From positions 1 through 55,746 of the forward strand of contig JBIJDW010000001.1 of NCBI GenBank assembly GCA_044343885.1: 55,746 bases of DNA, read 5' to 3'. A program made the translations under genes and the position numbers. Shown one piece after another: positions 47,353 to 55,746 of the stretch. The stretch comes from Kiritimatiellia bacterium (GTDB taxonomy: Bacteria; Verrucomicrobiota; Kiritimatiellia; RFP12; JAAYNR01). The notes beneath the pieces are model-generated. The model searched no databases. It had not been told where the DNA came from and worked only from the letters and a program-made list of their open reading frames with translations. Position 1 is the first letter of the stretch. Every line of letters starts with the position of its first letter.

Positions 47353-47610
47353 GTGATGGACCTAGGATCGTCCGCTCCCCGTACACCACCGCCGCCCTCC
47401 ACAGCCCCCGCGTGAGGCATTGCGTGCGCCCCGGCACCTTGGGCGGCAACCTGCCTCCAGACGGCGCCACGGGGCTGCCTGTGCGGGTACACACGCAACC
47501 AGGCACCCCGCAGCCCAGCAAAACGCCCAGCCCAGCCCAGCCTTGCCAGTCGGGCGCCATAACCTGCTCGAAAGGAAGATCGGCGCCCTCCCTCTGGATG
47601 CCCCCGACGG

Positions 47611-47639
47611 TTGACAGGACAGCGCAATAGGCGTATCTT
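47611..47639 (+). promoter_or_regulatory. Putative sigma70-type promoter (TTGACA-17-TATCTT), paralog of 44017..44046
   Basis: ggttgacaggacagcgcaataggcgtatcttg shares the -35 element, the -10 element and spacer bases with the Sel1-gene promoter. Confidence 0.5.
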
Positions 47640-47740
47640 GCTGAACATTGAGCGGCAGGCTGATCTTGTTTGTCTCTCTTTGCGTACAAGTGGCTTCAAT
47701 CATTGACCGAAAGGCTCGCAAATCCAACACTGGAATCCCC

Positions 47741-47992
47741 ATGAACAGTCTTGACGTTCGCATCTACGACCCCCGCGCGCTCGATCCGGCGTCCGCCACC
47801 CGCGCCTCGCTTCACGCCAAGGTCCTGATCGTTGACCGCCGCAGCGCCCTGGTGACCTCCGCCAACTTCACCGACGCCGCGCAAAAGCGAAACGTCGAAA
47901 CCGGCGTGCTCATCACGTACCGCCCCTTTGTCATCCGCCTCGCCGATACCTTCGCCGGCCTCCAAAAGCACCTGTTTGTCGAGCTTCACTGA
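47741..47992 (+). pseudogene. Truncated phospholipase-D/HKD-family fragment
   Basis: LHAKVLIVDRRSALVTSANFT is an HKD motif (H-x-K-x4-D ... SxN). Only ~84 aa follow the first ATG, too short for a complete PLD/Nuc domain. Confidence 0.6.
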
Positions 47993-47996
47993 CCCA

Positions 47997-48275
47997 ATGG
48001 CATCTTTCGAACAACACTGCGCCGACTGCAGCCGTGAACTCGGCGAGCCATTCGCGCACGTCCACCAATGGCTGGACGCGCTGTTCAAGGTGCTTGGGCC
48101 GAAACACAGGTCCGTCCGGCATCACGCCGGGGGCGTGGAACAGGTCCGAAAGCTGTGGGGAGACCGCGCCGCCGAAGCCGCCGAGATCCACATCAAACGC
48201 GATTACAGTGGGGTGGTGCCGAGCGAGGAGAATGCGCAGATGGCGAGCATGTTTGGTGTGAAGGCAAAGGAGTAG
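47997..48275 (+). CDS. hypothetical small protein
   Basis: 92-aa ORF from the ATG at 47997, starting 4 nt after the HKD stop. No family assigned with confidence. Confidence 0.45.
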   Translation: MASFEQHCADCSRELGEPFAHVHQWLDALFKVLGPKHRSVRHHAGGVEQVRKLWGDRAAEAAEIHIKRDYSGVVPSEENAQMASMFGVKAKE

Positions 48276-48279
48276 CGAG

Positions 48280-49317
48280 ATGCAGGAATACCAAGCCAAA
48301 GGACGCACGTACCGTCTCGCCAGCAACCTCAAGGGTTTCCGACTGGGCATATATACCCATCTCACAGACCGAAAGTGGGCGAACTGGACAGAGGAGTGCG
48401 GCTACTACCGCTACAAAGACAAGCTTATCCCTTACGACATCCTATTGCCTGACGAAATGAAAGCGAAACTGGAGCCGGTCTACCGGCCCATTGTGGATCG
48501 GGTGCTGGAGCACCAACGCCGGTTCCCATTCAAACTGCACAAATTCGTGGGACACATGGCCAGTTCGCAGGCGGCGTGCCTCAACCTCTTTGTACCGCTC
48601 TTACTTCAGCCCTCCATCGCATCCGATGTCTTGCGGATGATTAAGCCCGACCTTCAGTCAATCGCTACCGACCATCTCGATGGAGGTTTTCAAGTCGAAT
48701 TCTGGCCGGGCAAAGGCCTGCAGAAGGGCCTGCTGCAAGACCACACGACCATCGCCGGAACCGATGCCGATATCGCCATTGCCTATCGGGACCGGGAAGG
48801 CCATCTGAGATTGTGGCTGATCGAGCACAAGTTGACCGAGCAGGAGTTCACAACTTGTGGCGGTGCCAAGAGTTCCTGCCGAACCGATCAGCATCGGTGC
48901 AGCCCGGCCGCAGACGTCCTGAGTGACCATTCTCTTTGCTACTACCATGAGCACTGCAAGTACGCATATTGGCCAATCACCGACCGGCACTCCGAAATCT
49001 TTTCGCCGGAAAGGCTAGTTGCACAAGACACCTGTCCGTTCAAGGGCGGCTTGAACCAGCTTTGGCGCAATATGCTTCTGGCTATGGCGGTTCAGGACGA
49101 GCCACAATCGCCCTATGCAGGCGTGCATTTCTCTGTTGTCCATCACCCCGACAATCACGCGCTGGATGCGTCCATGAAGGCATTCCAGCAGTTGCTTGGC
49201 AACAGTAACCAGTTCTCGTGGTTCACGTCTGATCGGATCGTGAACGCCCCTGCCGTCGCAACGATACCAGCGCTCAAAGGGTGGGCGACGTGGTACAAGA
49301 AACTCTACCGTGTTTGA
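48280..49317 (+). CDS. PD-(D/E)xK restriction-endonuclease-fold protein (putative)
   Basis: GTDADIAIAY ... LWLIEHKLTE gives a D...E-x-K arrangement. 345 aa. Confidence 0.55.
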   Translation: MQEYQAKGRTYRLASNLKGFRLGIYTHLTDRKWANWTEECGYYRYKDKLIPYDILLPDEMKAKLEPVYRPIVDRVLEHQRRFPFKLHKFVGHMASSQAACLNLFVPLLLQPSIASDVLRMIKPDLQSIATDHLDGGFQVEFWPGKGLQKGLLQDHTTIAGTDADIAIAYRDREGHLRLWLIEHKLTEQEFTTCGGAKSSCRTDQHRCSPAADVLSDHSLCYYHEHCKYAYWPITDRHSEIFSPERLVAQDTCPFKGGLNQLWRNMLLAMAVQDEPQSPYAGVHFSVVHHPDNHALDASMKAFQQLLGNSNQFSWFTSDRIVNAPAVATIPALKGWATWYKKLYRV

Positions 49318-49321
49318 TGAT

Positions 49322-50344
49322 ATGCAGAGCCATATCGATGGCCACGCACTTGGAGGCACAATAATGAGTATCGCAACGACGCAACTAAAGGGACCTGACT
49401 TGTTTTGGCATCGAGGCAAGGGAAAGAAAATGACCACCCTTAGGTTCTATAGATGGGATCGTGAGACTTTTGGAAAGCCGGTACCGATCATAGAGATGTG
49501 TTTAAAAGAGTTTAGTGGTACGTGTTATATCCTGAAACACGAGGATTGTTCGATCCCCGAATGGGCGTCAGCAAACGTTAATAGTTATTTGAAAGCCGAT
49601 CAAATCCGAGAACAAGAGAATGAGGTGCTGAACCGAGCATTCATGGCATTGCGCAATCCGGCGAACCCTCCTTTCAAAATGCCGTCTGCACTACGCAAGC
49701 CTACAGACGGCAGTCTGCGCGCTTGCCGTTTATGGATTCTTTCAATACCAACTAAAGGACAAAAGGAGGTGTTCATCCTTGAGATAATCTGGCCTTGTGC
49801 AAGCTCTTTTATTCCCGATAAAATCAACGAACGCGCTGTGGGGGTTGCCCTACCGGATGAAGCGAAGCGAGCTCCCGCTACACTGCTTTCCTTGCCACAA
49901 GAAGACTATGTCGAGTGTCCGCTGATTGATTATCGCATCTCGCGACTTCATAAAGCCGAGCAGGCGAAGCTTATCACCGAGAAAGTTGGAGACATTCCGT
50001 GCGTAAAGGAAATCCTCGGGAAGAGCATTGAGACTCCAGACACACAACGTCCTAACCAGAATGAAGTCAGTGGAGCTACTGCTGCAAAACTATGTCGCGT
50101 TACAGAAAGAACAATTCGAAATTGGGAGGAAGACAAAAGTATAAAGGCGCCTCCCGGCTATCCTGGACGAACTAGCCGGGCGACGTTGACAGAATGGGCT
50201 GAAGCACGGAGAAAACAAAAGAGTATTAATCAGTACGCGCGGAAGAGCAGAGATAGCATCAGAAGACCTTGTCACCCTGATAATTTGGGTTCGAACCGCA
50301 TTCAGGAGGAGGATGGGGAGAAGGAGAATGAGGCGGAAGAATAG
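49322..50344 (+). CDS. hypothetical protein with C-terminal helix-turn-helix
   Basis: SGATAAKLCRVTERTIRNWEED is an HTH-like segment. GC is lower (~45%). The start is uncertain: GTG 49310, or ATG at 49322, 49364 or 49430. Confidence 0.5.
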   Translation: MQSHIDGHALGGTIMSIATTQLKGPDLFWHRGKGKKMTTLRFYRWDRETFGKPVPIIEMCLKEFSGTCYILKHEDCSIPEWASANVNSYLKADQIREQENEVLNRAFMALRNPANPPFKMPSALRKPTDGSLRACRLWILSIPTKGQKEVFILEIIWPCASSFIPDKINERAVGVALPDEAKRAPATLLSLPQEDYVECPLIDYRISRLHKAEQAKLITEKVGDIPCVKEILGKSIETPDTQRPNQNEVSGATAAKLCRVTERTIRNWEEDKSIKAPPGYPGRTSRATLTEWAEARRKQKSINQYARKSRDSIRRPCHPDNLGSNRIQEEDGEKENEAEE

Positions 50345-50738
50345 CTTCGAGGAAAATACTTTCATACACTCCGAAGGGTGCAATAATTGGATTTCAGGGT
50401 ACCAGTCAATACCAAATGCACGATCCACCCGCATTTCCCGATGTCAGGTAGCTTCAACAAGATATAAAAAGCGTCAATAAAGGTGTCGGGCTGTCGGCAC
50501 ATCAAACGAGTCTTGACTATACAAAGATTTCGCCAACCCAGTGTGATTCACGCATAGGTTTCTGTGTTATAGTGAAGCAATAGTGAAGCTGAATATTTTT
50601 TAGTAGAAATGCTATCTGTCTGCCTGGCAGAGCTTTAGATATTAACGGAAGCTGATGGTCAGTGCTGAATAAGTGAAGCAAAGGTGAAATACCTGGGTAT
50701 GAGTATGGCGCATCCACCGCCAGAAAGGACATCCAGGT

Positions 50739-51032
50739 ATGAAAGAGTTACTCATCGGCCGCCTTCTGTCGGCCACCCCTGACCAACTCGTAGCCGTTGA
50801 AGCGGTCTTCAACGGGAAGATCGAGCCCAATCCCATGCCACCCGTCTCGACGCGCATGTTCGACAACGGACAGGCGGCGAAGTCGTTGGGCGTAAGTCGC
50901 CAAACCGTCCGCCGCATGATCGCCGCCGGACGTCTCCCCACAGTCGAGATCCGCGCGGGGCGTTTCCGCGTTCCCGAGCAGGAGATAATCAAACTCGTAG
51001 CTACAGCGACTGCGAAAGGAGATCGAGCATGA
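50739..51032 (+). CDS. excisionase-family / MerR-like HTH DNA-binding protein
   Basis: AAKSLGVSRQTVRRMIAAGRLPTVEIRAGRFRVPEQEI. Confidence 0.7.
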   Translation: MKELLIGRLLSATPDQLVAVEAVFNGKIEPNPMPPVSTRMFDNGQAAKSLGVSRQTVRRMIAAGRLPTVEIRAGRFRVPEQEIIKLVATATAKGDRA

Positions 51033-51229
51033 ATTCCTTCAAACAACGCGCACGATCCATCACGGGTGTCAGGCGCGCACTCAACCGGCTCGACCCCGAA
51101 GACCATCCATCAGTGGTGTTGATTCTCCTGAACATGCTTGGTGCGGGTGGCGGCGGCCAGATCATTGGGGCAGCCGTCCAGACCACGCAACCGGCCTCGT
51201 GCCAGCGCGCAAAGGTAGGTGCCCAATGA
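51029..51229 (+). CDS. hypothetical small protein
   Basis: 66-aa ORF coupled by start/stop overlaps on both sides. Confidence 0.35.
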   Translation: MNSFKQRARSITGVRRALNRLDPEDHPSVVLILLNMLGAGGGGQIIGAAVQTTQPASCQRAKVGAQ

Positions 51230-51501
51230 GCCGCGAACAGCTTCTTGTTGCCGTTGCGACTGCCGACCCGCAGACGCTGGCTCGCATCGAACAAGCCCTG
51301 AACCCCGCCAACACCTCGCCCATCGGTGGTAAGTTGTTGACCGTAGCGGACACGGCCAGGCAGATCGGACTCAGCCGATCGAGCATAACCCGTTTGATAA
51401 AGGAAAAGCGGTTGGCAACAGTCGAGACGCGCCGGGGCCGAGTGCGCATCCCGCAAAGCGCGATTGCCGACTTCATGGCGGGAAAAGGGCGGTCAGAATG
51501 A
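51226..51501 (+). CDS. excisionase-family / MerR-like HTH DNA-binding protein (paralog of 50739..51032)
   Basis: TARQIGLSRSSITRLIKEKRLATVETRRGRVRIPQSAI. The N-terminal pattern is the same as in the upstream paralog. Confidence 0.7.
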   Translation: MSREQLLVAVATADPQTLARIEQALNPANTSPIGGKLLTVADTARQIGLSRSSITRLIKEKRLATVETRRGRVRIPQSAIADFMAGKGRSE

Positions 51502-51713
51502 AGGCAGCATACATGATCAATGTCACGAATTACGAAGAGGGCCGGATGGCCCCCCTCGCGCCGGTTCAAAGTCGCTTCTCGCCGAGGGAACGCGCCCGAC
51601 AGGCGCAAAGGGCCATAGAGCCGCCCCCGGCGCCCGCACAGGAGGCCGCGCCCGATCCGACCAAGGATGACACCCCAAAGCCGCACACCGGAACCCGCAC
51701 GGATCGGCGGTGA
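51498..51713 (+). CDS. hypothetical small protein
   Basis: 71-aa ORF with a start overlap. Pro/Ala-rich. Confidence 0.3.
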   Translation: MKAAYMINVTNYEEGRMAPLAPVQSRFSPRERARQAQRAIEPPPAPAQEAAPDPTKDDTPKPHTGTRTDRR

Positions 51714-51716
51714 ACA

Positions 51717-53210
51717 ATGACAGCAAAACCGTTTGACTCGAAACCCTTTGAACGTGCGCTTGCTGGTGCCGTGCTGCTTGCCCCGGCCGGAACGATGCTT
51801 GCAATCGGCAAGGCGGGCGGGTTGCCTGCCGTGATTAGCGATACCGACGCGCAAGCCGTGTTCCGATACGTTGGTGGCGAAACGAATGCCGGGCGTCCGG
51901 TTTCCGCAGAGGCCGCAATGGCCGGTTGCGGGCTGCCTGGCAAAGTCTGGCAAACGCTGGCCGGTGGCGGATGTATGGGGCACGAGATCGGATCGCACGT
52001 CCGGGCCATCTGGGAGGGCAACCTATGCCGCAAAATGTCCGAACTTTGGATCCGACCCGATGCCGATGTTGTGTTCAAAGAGCACGAAGCCGGCCGTCTT
52101 CTGCGGGCGGCGGGCCATAACGCCGGCAACGGGTTCACCGTTCGCTCGTGGGACGAAATTGTCGAGATGGAGTTGACACCTAAGCGAATGATTTACGGGC
52201 GTCTCTTAGCGTGTGGACAACTCCAAACCATTTTTGGGCAAGGCGGTTTAGGCAAAAGTCGGCTGGCGACAAACCTTGCAAGGAATCAAGTCCTAGGGTT
52301 GCCGTTTCTTGGAGTCGAGACAATCGGTGAACCGCTGCGGCACCTTTTTGTCGGATCGGAAAACGACGCTCACCGATGGCAGGTTGACGCGCGGTGTATG
52401 TCCAAGGGACTGCGAACGGCCGATCTGGGAAAACTGGGTGAACACATCCGCATGACAACACTCGAGGCCGCCGAAGATTCATTCATCAACCTGGGTGACG
52501 AGCGCAACGTCGCAAAATGGCGCGAGACACTGCGGGGCTGGCCGTGTGACGTGCTGTGGGTCGACCCTTGGGGCGACGTGATCGAGGGCGACGGGTTTGA
52601 CAGGGATGTGCGGTCAACGCTTGCGACGTTGCGGAAACTGGCGCGGGAAGTGAATCCCGACGCCGGAGTTGTGGTGTTGGCTCACGCTCGAACCGGGGCG
52701 TCAAATATCGCGCAGGCTGGTGGATTCGATGCCGCAAACTTCGGCAAAGATTCCAAGGCGCTGTTTTCATGCTCACGCGCGGTTGTCAACGTGGCGCCGT
52801 TTGACGCGAGCGAGACACCCGACCTGTGCTGGATACCTGCCAAGTGCAACGACGGCAAACGGCCGGAAGCGCTACGCATACGTCTTGACCCCGACACGCT
52901 CACGTACCACGCCGTCGAACCGCTAGACGTGGAGGGCTGGCAGAGGTCGGTCAAGGAGTTCGCGAAAACGACGTGGCAGAAAACGTCCGTTAAGTTTGAC
53001 GCCGACGCCGTCCTCACTGCACTTGATTCGCCCGTTACTCGCACCGAGCTTCAGAACCTCGTGCAGGGGCTTGGGGTCACGAACCGCGAGGCGCGAGCCG
53101 GGATTGACGGCCTACTCCGCACCGGGCGACTGGTCGAGAAAAAGGGCTGTAGTCGTAACTCGAAAATGGTCGGTACGCCGGAAAGTTTTCAAACTTTGCA
53201 AGGCGCGTGA
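51717..53210 (+). CDS. RecA-like AAA ATPase (AAA_25/RepA-like) of an integrative element
   Basis: Walker A is FGQGGLGKSRLA and Walker B is VLWVDPWGD. It sits next to the excisionase-like genes and the tRNA. Confidence 0.7.
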   Translation: MTAKPFDSKPFERALAGAVLLAPAGTMLAIGKAGGLPAVISDTDAQAVFRYVGGETNAGRPVSAEAAMAGCGLPGKVWQTLAGGGCMGHEIGSHVRAIWEGNLCRKMSELWIRPDADVVFKEHEAGRLLRAAGHNAGNGFTVRSWDEIVEMELTPKRMIYGRLLACGQLQTIFGQGGLGKSRLATNLARNQVLGLPFLGVETIGEPLRHLFVGSENDAHRWQVDARCMSKGLRTADLGKLGEHIRMTTLEAAEDSFINLGDERNVAKWRETLRGWPCDVLWVDPWGDVIEGDGFDRDVRSTLATLRKLAREVNPDAGVVVLAHARTGASNIAQAGGFDAANFGKDSKALFSCSRAVVNVAPFDASETPDLCWIPAKCNDGKRPEALRIRLDPDTLTYHAVEPLDVEGWQRSVKEFAKTTWQKTSVKFDADAVLTALDSPVTRTELQNLVQGLGVTNREARAGIDGLLRTGRLVEKKGCSRNSKMVGTPESFQTLQGA

Positions 53211-53651
53211 AACGTTTGAAAAGTTTGCTATGAATGCCGTCCGGCAAACTTTTCACACACGGCTTATTAGACCGTGTGAAAAGTTTAGACGGCGGGACGA
53301 CACACGGGAAAGGTGAACGATGGGAAAGAGCAATCCAAGCATGGTTCACGCCCACCGAGCGCACAGGCGCGGCACAGGCGGCGCGTTCCACGAGCGGGCG
53401 GAGCCGGAAGACGGGCAGCGGCCCGACGAAGATGGGCAGGGGGGGCTGACAGAGACTCCGATTGCGCGGCCCTACCCCGTAAGCAGAGCGCCCTCGCGCG
53501 CGCGTGGAGAAAAATCTGGAAGGTATTTTGGAAGGTTTGGAAGGTAATCTGGAAGGTGTTGTCACAGTTCGCCACAATGCGGCAGATTGAAGCAATGAAA
53601 GGAATATTGCGCTTTTATTGGCCTTTTTTGGCATTAATCAGATTCAAAGGT

Positions 53652-53728
53652 TGGTGGGCGGTGAGGGACTCGAACCCCCGACAGCCTGGGTGTAAACCAG
53701 GTACTCTAACCAACTGAGTTAACCGCCC
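53652..53728 (-). tRNA. tRNA-Val (anticodon UAC), CCA encoded
   Basis: The reverse complement folds as a 77-nt cloverleaf: GGGCGGT TA ACTC AGTTGGTTA GAGT A CCTGG TTTACAC CCAGG CTGTC GGGGG TTCGAGT CCCTC ACCGCCC A CCA. Confidence 0.9.
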
Positions 53729-53837
53729 CAGTCGTCTGTGGTGGAGAAAAGTACCATACTCGGCTGGGACCTGCAAGCCAATCCCCCGACAGCCCAGCAA
53801 TTGCCCACCATGCAATTCTCATTTTGGAGATGGGACC

Positions 53838-53923
53838 ATCGGCGTCGGGGTCGGTATCGGTATCGGTATCGATAAAACCAACGGAAAATCGACCCCGATT
53901 CCGATACCGACTCCGACCCCGAT
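53838..53923. repeat. Imperfect 36-nt-arm hairpin built from a 6-nt periodic motif (cggtat/cggggt)
   Basis: The left arm atcggcgtcggggtcggtatcggtatcggtatcgat pairs with atcgaccccgattccgataccgactccgaccccgat (31/36). It is flanked by gcaattct/agaattgc and by a direct ctgcaagccaatc repeat at about 53773 and 53949. Confidence 0.75.
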
Positions 53924-53960
53924 AACTCATCGCCTCATAATTAGAATTGCTGCAAGCCAA

Positions 53961-55746
53961 TCACTTGCCCACTATGCGAAAGTTGCCGAATCGCAGCTCG
54001 CCGCCAGAGGGCGCGTAGATCAACACGTTGAGCTTGCCAACCTCGGCGGGCAGGGGGAGTGTGTCGCGGTATTCCCAGGCGGTCAATGCGCTCTTGAAGG
54101 TCTTGTCGGCGCAGACGAAAAACGCGGTGTTTCGGCCGGGTTTGATGTAGAATGGCACCGTTTCAAAATAGCGTCCGCCCGCGTCGAGTCCGAGCGCCAC
54201 TCGCGTGCCGCACGTGAGTCGGCTTTCCACGTCAACCAGCAGCGTGTCGCCCACGCGCAGCGTCAGCGCAGGCTCGCACACCCGGCTAAACACCGTCTTT
54301 TCCTTGCTCCCAACCTGGAACCGCACCACGAGCCGCCCGTCGGCCTCAACGCCTTCCGCCGCATCGCCCCATTCCTCGCGAACCCATGTCGCCGTCTGAG
54401 CGGCCCCACTGATCGGACGAGTCGGGCCATCGGGCGGTCGCGCGTCGGACGGATCGGACGCGCGGCGCATCCCGCCCGAGGCCTTGTCCACAAACGTCAA
54501 ATCAATCCCGCCGTGCTGACTGAGGAAGTACAAGATGAGGTTGACCCCCATCCGCGTCGCCCCTTCCTGCATCTCCGCCGGACTGAGACTCGTAAGCGAG
54601 TCTTTCAGCGGCTGGGTATGGGGATCGATGTTGAGACCGTCACCATAATCGTTACGCGTGTAGATCACAGCGACACGTCCGTTGATCCGTATTCCCTCGA
54701 TGTAGTCCTCACGATACTTGTCGCCCGGCGGAATGGCATAGCCCTTGTAACCGCGGGTCAGATCATAACCGGTACGCCAGCCCTCGAAATCAGCGCCAAG
54801 CCGCTCGATGACCGCGTCCGGCAGCACCCGAGCGATTTCACGCCGGAAGGCCCGATCAAAGGTCTCATCGCGGTAGTGCGTCGAGTCATCGGCCCACAGG
54901 TGTCCGTTTTTCTGCAAATACTCACGCAGGTTGCGCACTTCTGCGTCGGTGAAACGAAAATCATTATGGCCGGTCAGGTACACGAACGGAAGCCGTTGCA
55001 GCTCGGGTTGATCGAGCCGCACGACGCGGTCTCCGGCCATCAGCGACATGCCGGTGCGCTCACGAAGCTGATGACTTAGAAACATCATCGCGGTCCGCGC
55101 GCAATCCCAGTCGCCGCCGTATTGCGCCAGGGCCAGCGTCGCCGAGACCGTGCCCGGACCGCCGCTGCCGCCCTTCAATGCCAGATCGCCAGCCGTGCCG
55201 TTCTGCCGCTGCTGCGGCTGGCCCGTCCCCTTGGGCAGGGCGATGCCGACGTTTCGCGCCGCATCGGGCCGGTGCGCTTCGGACGCGGCCGCCACGTTTA
55301 CCGCCGCCGCTGTCTTTCGCTGCGTCGCGCCACCCCCCGCATCCGACGCGCGGGCGACCGTTGCGGCTGCCGCTCCGCTCCCGGTCGACGTCGCGGCCGG
55401 TGCGGCATGGCGCTGCGCCCCGGATGCCAGCGTGACCGTCTCCGCAACCACCGCAGTCGTACCGGCCGCCTGCCGCTCCGGTCCGAGGCTCTCCGGATGC
55501 GACGCTTCGGGCGCCGCCCCACGTGCTGCCCCGCTCGACGCGACACGCGCCAGACCAACCGTCGCCGCCTCCGGCTGACGCGCATCGGCCCCGGCCGCCA
55601 CACCGCTCGCCGCCGACGTGCGCTGTGCCGCGCCACCCCCCGCATCCGACGCGCGGGCGACCGTTGCGGCTGTCGCTCCGCTCCCGGTCGACGTCGCGGC
55701 CGGCGCGGCACGGCGCTGCGCCCCGGGTGCCATCGTGACCGTCTCC
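53961..55746 (-). CDS. DUF4159-like protein with repetitive Ala/Gly/Thr-rich N-terminal region (5' end probably outside the window)
   Basis: LPFVYLTGHNDFRFTDAEVRNLREYLQKNGHLWADD matches the DUF4159 core. The repeat unit at the window edge continues the reading frame. Confidence 0.65.
   Translation of the reverse strand, partial: ETVTMAPGAQRRAAPAATSTGSGATAATVARASDAGGGAAQRTSAASGVAAGADARQPEAATVGLARVASSGAARGAAPEASHPESLGPERQAAGTTAVVAETVTLASGAQRHAAPAATSTGSGAAAATVARASDAGGGATQRKTAAAVNVAAASEAHRPDAARNVGIALPKGTGQPQQRQNGTAGDLALKGGSGGPGTVSATLALAQYGGDWDCARTAMMFLSHQLRERTGMSLMAGDRVVRLDQPELQRLPFVYLTGHNDFRFTDAEVRNLREYLQKNGHLWADDSTHYRDETFDRAFRREIARVLPDAVIERLGADFEGWRTGYDLTRGYKGYAIPPGDKYREDYIEGIRINGRVAVIYTRNDYGDGLNIDPHTQPLKDSLTSLSPAEMQEGATRMGVNLILYFLSQHGGIDLTFVDKASGGMRRASDPSDARPPDGPTRPISGAAQTATWVREEWGDAAEGVEADGRLVVRFQVGSKEKTVFSRVCEPALTLRVGDTLLVDVESRLTCGTRVALGLDAGGRYFETVPFYIKPGRNTAFFVCADKTFKSALTAWEYRDTLPLPAEVGKLNVLIYAPSGGELRFGNFRIVGK
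55290..55746 (-). repeat. ~303-bp in-frame tandem repeat (about 1.4 copies visible)
   Basis: The block at about 55328-55450 recurs at about 55630-55746 (GAQR.AAPAATSTGSGA.AATVARASDAGGGA). The array runs off the window. Confidence 0.8.

Larger units (their letters stand above)
9743..53728. mobile_element. tRNA-Val-integrated genomic (defence) island, ~44 kb
   Basis: Direct repeats of the tRNA 3' part sit at both ends. A tyrosine integrase is next to the distal repeat. Excisionase-like HTH genes and a RecA-like ATPase are next to the tRNA. The cargo is dominated by defence genes, and internal GC is heterogeneous. Confidence 0.85.

Noticed and set aside
47741-47992. Interpreting the HKD fragment as DrmC of a DISARM system
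   Set aside because: No DrmA/DrmB/DrmD/DrmE-like helicase, DUF1998 or SNF2 genes are present in the window. The ORF is also too short for a complete PLD domain.

Overview
High-GC (~60%) bacterial chromosome segment, possibly from the PVC group (weak guess). Core genes occupy 1-9.7 kb: a TfoX-like protein, DUF1287, small secreted and membrane proteins, rubredoxin, a RumA-type RNA methyltransferase, tilS and a large secreted protein. Core sequence resumes at 53.7-55.7 kb with tRNA-Val(UAC) and a DUF4159-like protein. Between them lies a ~44-kb island integrated at the 3' end of tRNA-Val. It is bounded by a 48-bp perfect (62-bp imperfect) direct repeat of the tRNA 3' part. A tyrosine integrase sits at the distal end, and an excisionase-like HTH / RecA-like ATPase module sits at the tRNA-proximal end. 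Almost all island genes are on the + strand, and the island is packed with defence functions. (1) A RelA/SpoT-homolog cassette. (2) A complete type 1 BREX (brxA-brxB-brxC-pglX-pglZ-brxL) whose gene order is interrupted by an AlbA_2/Schlafen-type gene, a Gabija-like OLD nuclease + UvrD helicase pair plus one unknown gene, an AbiEi/AbiEii module with two palindromic operators, and a DUF262 remnant. (3) A translationally coupled operon of an XRE regulator, an 836-aa double radical-SAM-like protein, an Isf-type Fe-S flavoprotein and an HD phosphohydrolase with a TIR/NDT-like tail. I consider this the best candidate for an undescribed system. (4) An XRE regulator plus a giant Sel1-repeat/trypsin-like protease. 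(5) An HKD fragment / PD-(D/E)xK nuclease / HTH operon. The window also carries a family of composite hairpin repeats built from short oligo-periodic motifs, some inserted in frame into pglX. No CRISPR array or rRNA was seen. All protein calls rest on motif recognition by eye, with no database search. The ORF track uses alternative start codons, so several starts were re-picked at internal ATGs.
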